From assembly GCA_009787485.1 (NCBI GenBank), contig WQWP01000001.1, positions 1 through 61,486 on the forward strand: a stretch of DNA of 61,486 nt, in the 5' to 3' direction. Positions 27,430 through 35,546 of this stretch are shown piece by piece (positions within the stretch are counted from its first letter, which is position 1; every line of letters begins with the position of its first letter). The position numbers and the translations under genes were made by a program. The notes under the pieces are model-generated. The model made no database searches, was not told the origin of the DNA, and saw nothing but the letters and a program-made list of their open reading frames with translations. Source of the stretch: Lentimicrobiaceae bacterium. GTDB taxonomy: Bacteria > Bacteroidota > Bacteroidia > Bacteroidales > WCHB1-69.

Positions 27430-28533
27430 TCAAGATAAATATAAAATCTCCTTCACTATTCCATCTATCGCCTCCGGTTGCGCAAACTGCTTCATTTTTA
27501 GCGCCATATCTTTCGATTTTCCAACATCTTCCATAAGATTAACCAACGTTGCGTACAATTTCTCTTTCACCTCTTTATCCGGCAAAAGAATAGCAGCTCC
27601 CGCATCGGAAAGTTGCCGTGCATTTGCAGTTTGGTGGTCTTCTGCAGCAGTGGGCAACGGAACTAAAATGGTGGGCACGCCCACTATTGTAAGCTCTGCG
27701 ATGGCAAGTGCGCCGGCACGCGAAACAATGTAATCGGCAACGCTATACGCCAAATCCATGCGTTTTATAAAAGGTAAGATTTTGATATGCTGCGATTTCA
27801 ATTCAGATAATGGTGCCTCGTTTGAAGTATAGAAAAGCTCGCCCGTTTGCCATAATAACTGAACATCCATTTTCTTAAAATTCTCAATATGATTTAAAAC
27901 AGCTTGATTTATAGTGCGTGCGCCCTGACTTCCGCCAATAATGAGAACTGTTTTTTTGTTTTTATCCAAACCGAGAAACGAGTAAGCTTCTTCTAATTTG
28001 GGTTGAAAGTTGATGATTTCGGCACGCACAGGATTTCCTGTTTTCACAATTTTATCTTTTAGAAAAAAACGCTCCAATCCATCGTATGCGACACAAATTT
28101 TAGCTGCTTTTTTGGATAACCATTTGTTCGTTTTTCCCGGATAGGAGTTTTGTTCTTGAATGACTGTAGGAATATTCAGGTCTTGGGCGGCGCGTAATGC
28201 GGGACCGCTGGCGTAGCCTCCTACCCCAATTACCACATCGGGTTTAAATTGGCGCATCACTTGTTTGGCTTTGCGCATCGTTTTAAACAATACAAAAGGC
28301 AATTTCAAATTGCTTTTTATGCCGCTCCACGACAAATCTCTGCGAATGCCAAAAACATCTAACCCCACGATGTTGTAGCCGGCTTCGGGCACGCGGGTCA
28401 TCTCCATTTTTCCGTTGGCGCCAATAAACAGGATTTCTGCATTGGGGATCTCTTTTTTCAATTGGTTGGCAATTGCCAAGGCGGGGAAGATGTGGCCGCC
28501 GGTTCCGCCGCCGGAAATGATGAAGTGGGTCAT
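27430..28533 (-). CDS. murG: Undecaprenyldiphospho-muramoylpentapeptide beta-N-acetylglucosaminyltransferase MurG
   Basis: GGGTGGHIFPALAIA at the N-terminus (start set to the ATG at 28533), GGSQGA, and EDHQTANARQL near the C-terminus. Confidence 0.88.
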   Translation of the reverse strand: MTHFIISGGGTGGHIFPALAIANQLKKEIPNAEILFIGANGKMEMTRVPEAGYNIVGLDVFGIRRDLSWSGIKSNLKLPFVLFKTMRKAKQVMRQFKPDVVIGVGGYASGPALRAAQDLNIPTVIQEQNSYPGKTNKWLSKKAAKICVAYDGLERFFLKDKIVKTGNPVRAEIINFQPKLEEAYSFLGLDKNKKTVLIIGGSQGARTINQAVLNHIENFKKMDVQLLWQTGELFYTSNEAPLSELKSQHIKILPFIKRMDLAYSVADYIVSRAGALAIAELTIVGVPTILVPLPTAAEDHQTANARQLSDAGAAILLPDKEVKEKLYATLVNLMEDVGKSKDMALKMKQFAQPEAIDGIVKEILYLS

Positions 28534-28534
28534 G

Positions 28535-28750
28535 TTACAAACTTTCTTTATTAGCAAGTTTAATATGCTTAGAAACATGAGGAGTTTTAGTGGATAGTCT
28601 ATGTCTTCTTTCTTCAAAATATTTTTGCATCTCAACAAAATTCATATCTTTTATTTCGTTGCTTATTTGGTCGCGTTCTCGGCGCATAAATTCAACAGCC
28701 TTAAAACCATCATACAATGTTAATTTTCGCTCTTTCATAGTTTTTTCCAT
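28535..28750 (-). CDS. Small hypothetical protein (71 aa) immediately upstream of murG
   Basis: ATG-initiated ORF whose stop sits 1 nt before the murG ATG. A candidate -7 box lies just upstream. The sequence is charged and helical, and I recognise no family. Confidence 0.4.
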   Translation of the reverse strand: MEKTMKERKLTLYDGFKAVEFMRRERDQISNEIKDMNFVEMQKYFEERRHRLSTKTPHVSKHIKLANKESL

Positions 28751-28765
28751 TTTTTAACTGCGGTG

Positions 28766-28773
28766 CAAAACTA
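28766..28773 (-). promoter_or_regulatory. Candidate -7 box (TAGTTTTG on the minus strand) for the small ORF and murG
   Basis: caaaacta on the plus strand, 16-23 nt upstream of the ATG at 28750. Confidence 0.3.
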
Positions 28774-28826
28774 CATTTTATTTGACAATTATCACCGTTA
28801 ATATACCAATTTTACTAAATCCCACT

Positions 28827-31800
28827 TCAAGAGATCCTCTCCTGCACCCCCTTAAACACCACAAAAAACACCGGCACAAACAACAACCCCAAAACCGTCG
28901 AAATCAAAAACCCGCCGGCAGCAGCGATGCCAATGGAGATATTTCCGGCAGCGCCGGCGCCGCTTGCCAAACACAACGGCAACATGCCAAAGATAAACGC
29001 AAAGGAGGTCATTAAGATGGGGCGGATACGTTCTTTTGCCGCTAAAACAGCCGCTTCCGGCAAACTCATGCCCTGCTTTCGCTTCAGCAAGCCGAACTCG
29101 ACAATTAAGATGGCGTTTTTGGCTAACAAGCCCAGCAACATGATCATGGCTACCTGAACGTAGATGTTGGCAGGCAAGCCCACGAGGTTTATGGTTACAT
29201 ACACGCCGAAAATGCCGAGCAACAGCGCCAACATCACAGATATAGGAACAATGTAGCTTTCGTATAATGCTGCAAGAATGAAAAATACCAAAATAAAACT
29301 CAAAGCAAAAACAAAAAGTTGCTGTCCGCCCGATTCAATTTCATCGCGGGTCATTCCCGAATATTCATATTTAAAACCTACCGGCAATTCCTGCGCCACA
29401 ATCGCCGCCGCATCCATCGCCTGGCTCGTGCTGTAGCCATCTGCCGGCGAAACGTTGATGGTCATACAAGGAAACATGTTGTAACGTTTAATCAGGTCGG
29501 AGCCAAATACGGGCTTTAAGGAGACTAATGAGTTGAGCGGCACCATTTCCCCTTGCTTGTTTCTCACATACATAATGTTCAAATCCATTACGCTTTGGCG
29601 CGAAACTGCATCGGCTTGCACCATAACGCGGTAAAACCGAGTGAACTTATTAAAGTCGCCGGCTACCCCGCCGCCAAAGTAAAACTGCATGGTATTGAAC
29701 ACATCCGCAGGCGAAACACCCATCATTTTGGCTTTATTCACATCCAATTCCAGCTCATATTGCGGCACATTTACCGTGAAGCTGCAAAATGTTTTGGAAA
29801 TCTCCGGACGTTCATTCATTTTACTCATAAACTCCTGTCCCACATTATACATATTGATAATATCGCCCGATCCGGTTTGATCCAAGAACTGCATTTCAAT
29901 ATCGGAAGAACTGCCGTAGCCGCTAATGGTAGGCGGCACAAAAAAGAGCACGGTGGCATCTTTGGTTACGTTAATTGCCGTTAGCACATACATCTGCATT
30001 ACAATGTCTCTTAGAGAGATAGCTTCTCTTTGCGACCAATTTACCAATCTCACAAATCCCAATCCATACGAGCCGCCTACCGCACCCGACAACATTCCAA
30101 CACCGCCTACGGTAACCACCAACTCTACTTCCGGTATCGTTTGCAAAAGCGTATCTAACTGTGCCAACACATTTTCCGTCCTATCCAAAGAAGTTCCTTC
30201 CGGCATGGTAATATCGAAAAATATTACGCCCTGGTCTTCTGTAGGGACGAAAGCGGTTGGGGTTGTTTTTAACAAAAAGAAGGAAAAGCCTGCAATGATA
30301 AGGAAAGCGATGAACACAAGCGTTTTGCGATTCATAAATTTTTGCAACAACCTCCCATATTTTTGCACCATCGCATTAAACCCAACATTAAACCCATCCC
30401 CCATCCTCTTCAACAAATTCCTTTTCTCCTTTTCTCCCTTCTCCTTTTCTCCATGTTTTACCTTTATCATAATCGCGCACAACGCCGGACTCAACGTCAG
30501 CGCATTAATCGCCGAAATAGACACAGCAACGGCTAACGTTACGCAAAACTGTTGGTAAAATGCGCCGGTCGCGCCGGTCATCATCACTGCCGGAAGGAAG
30601 GTGGCGATAAACACTAAGGTAATGGAAATCACTGCTCCGGTAATTTCGCCCATAGCAGATTTTGTCGCCTCTAAGGGCGAAATATTTGGGTCGGCTTCGA
30701 GTTTGGCATATACGGCTTCGACGACGACGATGGCGTCATCCACCACAATTCCAATAGAAAGCACTAAGGCGAACAGCGTAAGCATGTTAATGCTAAATCC
30801 GAAGATTTGCAAAAACATAAATGTGCCTACTAACGCCACCATTACCGAAATGGCAGGAATAATAGTAGCCCGTATGTTTTGCAGGAAAATAAACACCACC
30901 AGAAACACCAAAATAAACGCCTCAACCAATGTTTTTTTTACTTCGTGAATAGAAGCGTCTAAGAAATCCTGGCTATCTACTACTAAATCGTAGTGTACAC
31001 CGGCAGGCAGATTGGCTTCGAGGTCTTTCAAAACAGCTTTAATTGCGGTGGAAATATATTGAGAATTAGATCCTTTCATTTGATACACCGCCATAACTAC
31101 GGAAGGCTCGCCGTTAGTTCGCCCAATAATGTCATAGTTAAATGCGCCGAACTCGATCGTTGCCACATCTTTCAAATATAAAATCTCTCCGGTGTTGCTT
31201 ACGCGAAGTACAATGTTTTCGTATTGAGACACTTCTGTTAAACGTCCTTTATATTTAATGGTAATTTGAAACGCTTCTCTGCTGTTTGCGCCAATTCTTC
31301 CGGGGGCAACCTCCAAACTTTGTTCTTTAATGGCTTGCACCACATCGGTGGGCTGCAGGTTATATACTGCTAATTTTTCCGGATGCAGCCACACCCGCAT
31401 GGCGTAGTCGCGGGCGCCGAACACTGCCACATCTCCCACGCCGGCAATACGTTGCAGCTCCGGAAGGATGTAAATACGGGCATAATTTTGAATAAACGTT
31501 TCATCATACGCAGGATTGCTGCTTGCCAGCGACAACACCAGCACCATGCTGTTTTGTTTTTTGGAAGTTCTTACCCCCATCTGGTTTACCACTGCCGGCA
31601 AGCTGCTGATGGCAGACGATACGCGGTTTTGCACATTTACCGCCGCCATATCGGGGTCGGTATCCAAGGTAAAAAACACTTGGATGGTAGCGCTGCCGTC
31701 GTTGTTGGCAGAAGAAACCATGTAGGTCATGCCCTCCACGCCGTTTATTTTTTCTTCCAACGGGGCAACTACGGAGTTGAGCACCACATCGGCGTTGGCG

Positions 31801-31952
31801 CCCGGGTAGCTTGCCGTAACCTCTACGGTGGGCGGCGCAATATCGGGGAATTGCTGAACGGGGAGGGAGGTTAATGCCACCAACCCCAAAATCACGATGA
31901 TGATGGAGATTACGGTGGAGAGGACGGGGCGGGTGATGAAGGTTTGGAGCAT
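28827..31952 (-). CDS. RND efflux transporter permease subunit (AcrB/HAE1-like)
   Basis: 1041 aa. N-terminus FITRPVLSTVISIIIVILGLVAL..LPVQQFPDIAPP, VVDDAIVVVEAV, and 12-TM architecture. It lies downstream of an adaptor gene. Confidence 0.94.
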   Translation of the reverse strand: MLQTFITRPVLSTVISIIIVILGLVALTSLPVQQFPDIAPPTVEVTASYPGANADVVLNSVVAPLEEKINGVEGMTYMVSSANNDGSATIQVFFTLDTDPDMAAVNVQNRVSSAISSLPAVVNQMGVRTSKKQNSMVLVLSLASSNPAYDETFIQNYARIYILPELQRIAGVGDVAVFGARDYAMRVWLHPEKLAVYNLQPTDVVQAIKEQSLEVAPGRIGANSREAFQITIKYKGRLTEVSQYENIVLRVSNTGEILYLKDVATIEFGAFNYDIIGRTNGEPSVVMAVYQMKGSNSQYISTAIKAVLKDLEANLPAGVHYDLVVDSQDFLDASIHEVKKTLVEAFILVFLVVFIFLQNIRATIIPAISVMVALVGTFMFLQIFGFSINMLTLFALVLSIGIVVDDAIVVVEAVYAKLEADPNISPLEATKSAMGEITGAVISITLVFIATFLPAVMMTGATGAFYQQFCVTLAVAVSISAINALTLSPALCAIMIKVKHGEKEKGEKEKRNLLKRMGDGFNVGFNAMVQKYGRLLQKFMNRKTLVFIAFLIIAGFSFFLLKTTPTAFVPTEDQGVIFFDITMPEGTSLDRTENVLAQLDTLLQTIPEVELVVTVGGVGMLSGAVGGSYGLGFVRLVNWSQREAISLRDIVMQMYVLTAINVTKDATVLFFVPPTISGYGSSSDIEMQFLDQTGSGDIINMYNVGQEFMSKMNERPEISKTFCSFTVNVPQYELELDVNKAKMMGVSPADVFNTMQFYFGGGVAGDFNKFTRFYRVMVQADAVSRQSVMDLNIMYVRNKQGEMVPLNSLVSLKPVFGSDLIKRYNMFPCMTINVSPADGYSTSQAMDAAAIVAQELPVGFKYEYSGMTRDEIESGGQQLFVFALSFILVFFILAALYESYIVPISVMLALLLGIFGVYVTINLVGLPANIYVQVAMIMLLGLLAKNAILIVEFGLLKRKQGMSLPEAAVLAAKERIRPILMTSFAFIFGMLPLCLASGAGAAGNISIGIAAAGGFLISTVLGLLFVPVFFVVFKGVQERIS
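30418..30452. repeat. CT-rich tract inside the RND CDS (encodes GEKEKGEKEK on the minus strand)
   Basis: ttccttttctccttttctcccttctccttttctcc. The 21-mer ctccttttctcccttctcctt (30426..30446) is identical to 37408..37428. Confidence 0.8.
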
Positions 31953-31961
31953 AGTTTTAAA

Positions 31962-32013
31962 AATTAGGAATTAGGAATTAAGAATTAAGAATTAGGAATT
32001 AGGGATTAGGAAA
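31962..32013. repeat. Heptamer tandem array (AATTAGG / AATTAAG, about 7 units)
   Basis: aattaggaattaggaattaagaattaagaattaggaattagggattagg, located between the beta-barrel gene stop and the RND ATG. Confidence 0.9.
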
Positions 32014-32026
32014 CTTCGTTCATTTT

Positions 32027-32620
32027 TCATTGAGTCAAATTTACTGTTTTTTTATTGAAAGTACGCCGAAGTGTAAATCCTATCAACCAATCAAAATGCG
32101 ACCAAGGGTTTGTATCCGGAATGAAAAAATAGTCATTCAAATTATCACCTGAATTAAACAACATACCATAACCGGGTCGCAAATCTATCTGCAAAGCAAT
32201 AGGGGAATTCTTAAATACAAATTCCAAGCCCAATATAGCATTTGCTCCAAATTTTCCGTTTGGCCCCAATACTTCACAACCTAAACTTGCTCCTCCACCA
32301 ATAAACCAAAATAATTCGGAGTTTTTTTTATCTTTTATCTTTTTTTGATACATCACATTGCAATTTAGTTCTACTGCAGGGTAGAGAGCGAGATAGATTA
32401 TGTGTTCATCTATATATCCTCCAAGCGTTACTCGCCACAAAAGATCTGTCTGAAGAGAAAAATTGTCTTTTAAAAATGTTTTAAAAGAAGGACCCGTACC
32501 GGTACTACCGTAAGGAAGCATTCCGCCAACACTTGTTTTATAAGGTGCTTGCGCTGTAATTTCATTGCAAGGCAGGCACAATAAAATGATTGCGGTTAAT
32601 AAGAGATAGAGTTTTTTCAT
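32027..32620 (-). CDS. Small outer-membrane beta-barrel-like protein (197 aa) between the adaptor and the RND permease
   Basis: Signal peptide MKKLYLLLTAIILLCLPCNEITAQA, glycine/aromatic-rich alternating strands, and a ...FTLRRTF motif near the C-terminus. Confidence 0.6.
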   Translation of the reverse strand: MKKLYLLLTAIILLCLPCNEITAQAPYKTSVGGMLPYGSTGTGPSFKTFLKDNFSLQTDLLWRVTLGGYIDEHIIYLALYPAVELNCNVMYQKKIKDKKNSELFWFIGGGASLGCEVLGPNGKFGANAILGLEFVFKNSPIALQIDLRPGYGMLFNSGDNLNDYFFIPDTNPWSHFDWLIGFTLRRTFNKKTVNLTQ

Positions 32621-32649
32621 AATTTTTTATTTTGGTTCATGATTTTGTC

Positions 32650-32704
32650 ATATAAACTACCCCGTCTCGCTTCGCGAGACACCCCTTCAAAATTTGAAGG
32701 GGAT
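32650..32704 (-). repeat. Double-hairpin element, copy B (reverse orientation)
   Basis: catataaactaccccgtctcgcttcgcgagacaccccttcaaaatttgaaggggat. Its reverse complement matches copies A and C. Confidence 0.9.
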
Positions 32705-32718
32705 TTTTCATCAGCTCG

Positions 32719-33786
32719 TCAAAAAACAGGGTTTATCTTCTTTCCATCACGTAGCTTACTAACTCCTTCCAACACAATAACATCTCCGGGTGCAAGTCCT
32801 TCCGAAATCACGTAGTTATCGCCGCTGGAGCCGGCAATGGTAATGGGTTGCGATTGTGTAACATTTTGGCTGTTAACCGTAACCACCATCGTTTTGTCTA
32901 ATAATTGGTAGGTTGCCGATTTGGGGACGAATATAGCGGCCGGTACTTCAAAAGGGATAATCAGCGTGCCGCTGGAGCCTGTGGTCAGCTCACGTTTCGG
33001 GTTGGGGAAAACGGCTTTCAACAGCACGGTGCCGGTGGTGGGGTTTACAATTCCGCTGGCAATGTCAAGTTCGCCAAATTCGCTGTATATGGCGCCATTG
33101 GCTAAGCGCAGCTGTGCCTTTGGAACGTAGGCAGGGCGCTCGTTGGGATTCAATAGTTTTTCGCTTATGGAGAAATAGGCAAACATGTCTCCATCTGCGG
33201 AAATGGTGGTCAGCGGCGATTGCGACATCACTTGCACCAAAGCGCCTTCGCGGATGTTAATGGCGCTTGCCGAGCCCGAAATGGGCGCCGTAATTTGGGT
33301 ATAACTTAAATTGATTTTGGCTTGCTCTAATGCCGCCCGCGCTTGCTCTACGCCGGCCTGCGCCGCCTTCAAATTCATTAACGCACTCTTCAATTCATAC
33401 TCGCTTACAATATCTTTTTCTACCAACGGCCTTACTTTTTGCACCTCATATTCGGCATTCGCCAATTTTGCCTCCGCAGCATTGAGGTTAGCCTGACCGG
33501 AATAAACTTGCTGCTGATAAACATCAGGGTTAATTTGAAACAAGAGCTCGCCTTTTTTTACACGGGCGCCTTCATTAATAAGCACTCTCTCCAAAACGCC
33601 TTCCACACGCGGACGAATTTCGATAACCTGCCGGCTCTGCAATTGCGTGGGATACTCCACCAAAATTACACCACTCGACAATGCTAATTGCATTGCTTTG
33701 TAATTTGGAATCTGAGTCTCAGTCACTTTTGGCTTGCAAGCAGAAAAGAGAATGATCAGGATAATTAAAAAATAAAATCTATTCAT
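32719..33786 (-). CDS. RND efflux periplasmic adaptor (membrane fusion protein)
   Basis: Lipoprotein-like N-terminus (LFSACKPK), an alpha-hairpin region with coiled-coil heptads (AEAKLANAEYEVQKV...AGVEQARAALEQAKINLSYT), and flanking beta-barrel/lipoyl segments. Confidence 0.9.
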   Translation of the reverse strand: MNRFYFLIILIILFSACKPKVTETQIPNYKAMQLALSSGVILVEYPTQLQSRQVIEIRPRVEGVLERVLINEGARVKKGELLFQINPDVYQQQVYSGQANLNAAEAKLANAEYEVQKVRPLVEKDIVSEYELKSALMNLKAAQAGVEQARAALEQAKINLSYTQITAPISGSASAINIREGALVQVMSQSPLTTISADGDMFAYFSISEKLLNPNERPAYVPKAQLRLANGAIYSEFGELDIASGIVNPTTGTVLLKAVFPNPKRELTTGSSGTLIIPFEVPAAIFVPKSATYQLLDKTMVVTVNSQNVTQSQPITIAGSSGDNYVISEGLAPGDVIVLEGVSKLRDGKKINPVF

Positions 33787-33894
33787 TGTTTGTTAATTTT
33801 ATTGCATTTTAAAATATTGGGCGAAATTATATGAATTTCCTTTTCATCAAATATTTTATTTACTTCGCCGATAATTTTAAAAAACTCATTCAAA

Positions 33895-34830
33895 ATGAAA
33901 AAAATCCTCGGAATCGGTAACGCCTTAGTAGATGTGCTCGTTGAAATAAAAGACGAGTCCTTGTTCAAAAAATTCGGTTTAAAAAAAGGAGGCATGGAAA
34001 TGATTAGCGCCGACTTAAAAAACGAAATTCATAGAGAGATTCATGGGTTGCAACAAACCGTTGCCTCCGGAGGCTCCACCTCAAACACCATTTACGGATT
34101 GGCGCAATTGGGCGCTCCGGTGGGTTACATTGGAAAAATTGGAGAAGATGATATGGGGTACTTTTTCAAAAAAGATATGGAGGAAGCAGGTGTAACAACG
34201 CATCTTATTCATTCTAAAATAGATACAGGAATTGCAACCACCTTCATTACCAAAGGTGGAGAGCGTACTTTTGCCACTTACCTCGGCGCTGCGGCAACCC
34301 AAACCCCTGAAGATCTGCACGAACGCATATTCTCTTTGTACGACCTCATCCATGTGGAAGGCTATCTGATTTTTAACAGAGATTTGATTTTAAACATCTG
34401 CAAGCTGGCAAAAAAATGCGGATTGCAAATTTCAATGGACATGGCAAGCTACAACTTGGTAGAAGCAATGCACCCTTTGGTAGAGGAACTGCTTCGCGAC
34501 TACGTGGACATTATCTTTGCCAACGAAGAAGAAGCCTTCGCCTTTACCGGAAAGAAAGAGCACGAAGCTTTAGAAGTTTTATCCGGCTACTGTCCGGTTG
34601 CCGTAGTAAAGTTAGGCGCAGAAGGCTCCTTAGCGCGCGTACACGGAGAAACCACAGTAATTCCCGCCATCAAAGCGCACCCTAAAGACACCACCGGCGC
34701 CGGCGACATCTACGCCGCCGGTTTCCTCTACGGCCTCATCAACAACTACCCCATCGCCAACGCCGGCGCCTTAGCCTCAAAACTAAGCGCAAAGTGCATA
34801 GAGGCGATTGGGGCAAGGATTGGGGGGTAA
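33895..34830 (+). CDS. PfkB-family sugar/nucleoside kinase (adenosine kinase-like)
   Basis: N-terminal GIGNALVDVL, GGSTSNT, and a C-terminal DTTGAGDIYAAGFLYG signature. Confidence 0.85.
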   Translation: MKKILGIGNALVDVLVEIKDESLFKKFGLKKGGMEMISADLKNEIHREIHGLQQTVASGGSTSNTIYGLAQLGAPVGYIGKIGEDDMGYFFKKDMEEAGVTTHLIHSKIDTGIATTFITKGGERTFATYLGAAATQTPEDLHERIFSLYDLIHVEGYLIFNRDLILNICKLAKKCGLQISMDMASYNLVEAMHPLVEELLRDYVDIIFANEEEAFAFTGKKEHEALEVLSGYCPVAVVKLGAEGSLARVHGETTVIPAIKAHPKDTTGAGDIYAAGFLYGLINNYPIANAGALASKLSAKCIEAIGARIGG

Positions 34831-34835
34831 ACTTA

Positions 34836-35018
34836 AGGGAGAAAGGAGAAAGGAGAAGGGAGAAACGAGAAGGAAGAAAAGAGAAGGGAGAAGGGAGAAG
34901 GGAGAAACGAGAAGGAAGAAAAGAGAAGGGAGAAGGGAGAAGGGAGAAACGAGAAGGAAGAAAAGAGAAGGGAGAAGGAAGACGGAAGAAAAGAGAAGGG
35001 AGAAGGAAGACGGAAGAA
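34836..35018. repeat. Purine-rich (GA) tandem array, 42-bp period, about 3.5 units plus shorter sub-repeats
   Basis: gggagaaacgag recurs at 34858, 34900 and 34942. The plus strand is almost entirely G/A. It begins just after the pfkB-family stop and runs directly into hairpin copy C. Confidence 0.9.
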
Positions 35019-35077
35019 TATCCCCTTCAAATTTTGAAGGGGTGTCTCGCAAAGCGAGACGGGGTAGTTTATATAAA
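35019..35077 (+). repeat. Double-hairpin element, copy C
   Basis: atatccccttcaaattttgaaggggtgtctcgcaaagcgagacggggtagtttatataaa. It abuts the stop codon (35080..35082) of the DUF559 gene. Confidence 0.9.
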
Positions 35078-35079
35078 TA

Positions 35080-35499
35080 TCACTTCCCAAACCTCCCCAC
35101 TATAAACCCCTCCAAATCCAACAACACACTCCCCATAAAAAACCGCACACTCTCATCAGCCACCCTGTAAACAACCAACCCCAACGATTCCAAATACGCA
35201 CTCCGTTTCTCATCATATTCTTCCTGATATTTATGAATACCCCCATCAATTTCAATGACCAGCCCTAAACTCTCTACATAAAAATCAACAATATAATTCC
35301 CAATAACTCTTTGTCTATCAAAATCAATTCCATAGAACTTCTTTTTATTGACGTGCATCCAAAACATAACTTCTGAAAAAGTGGAGTTGCTCCTTAATTT
35401 TCGCGCTCGGTATTTTAGAGATTCGTTATATGGTAAGGAGTGGATGTAGCGGGTAGGGATTTGGAGGTCTTTGATTTTGATGTGTTTGGTGGTTTTCAT
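35080..35499 (-). CDS. DUF559 (Vsr-like, restriction-endonuclease-fold) endonuclease domain protein
   Basis: 139 aa with ARKLRSNSTFSEVMFW...FDRQRVIGNYIVDFYVESLGLVIEIDGGIH.., the typical DUF559 core pattern. Confidence 0.8.
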   Translation of the reverse strand: MKTTKHIKIKDLQIPTRYIHSLPYNESLKYRARKLRSNSTFSEVMFWMHVNKKKFYGIDFDRQRVIGNYIVDFYVESLGLVIEIDGGIHKYQEEYDEKRSAYLESLGLVVYRVADESVRFFMGSVLLDLEGFIVGRFGK

Positions 35500-35546
35500 G
35501 AGTTGATTTTTTTAAAAATTCTACTTTCTTTTTAGTTTTTAATTTT

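Noticed and set aside
28534-28638. N-terminal 35-codon extension of murG in the ORF track (start at 28638); similar extensions exist for rnr (10266), the yqgE-type gene (50269), endonuclease I (48362), DUF2147 (59975) and the porin-like gene (17119)
   Set aside because: The conserved N-terminal motifs or signal peptides begin at internal ATGs, and the extensions overlap upstream genes, repeats or promoter-like sequence.
34836-35018. Possible CRISPR array because of regular direct repeats
   Set aside because: The units are contiguous 42-bp tandem repeats with no unique spacers, the sequence is low complexity, and no cas genes are in the window.
34783-35170. Several 85-120-aa ORFs on both strands across the GA tandem array (e.g. 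34794..35105, 34808..35170, 34783..35052, 34833..35090)
   Set aside because: They are products of a stop-free homopurine/homopyrimidine repeat. The translations are monotonous (GEGRREKREGRKEK or SLFFLLVSPFSLLP), all frames are open, and they overlap the repeat elements and the DUF559 3' end.
35080-35499. DUF559 protein as a classical Vsr very-short-patch repair enzyme
   Set aside because: No cytosine methyltransferase (dcm-like) gene is adjacent, and the protein is of the short DUF559 type. I therefore call it only a Vsr-like fold endonuclease.
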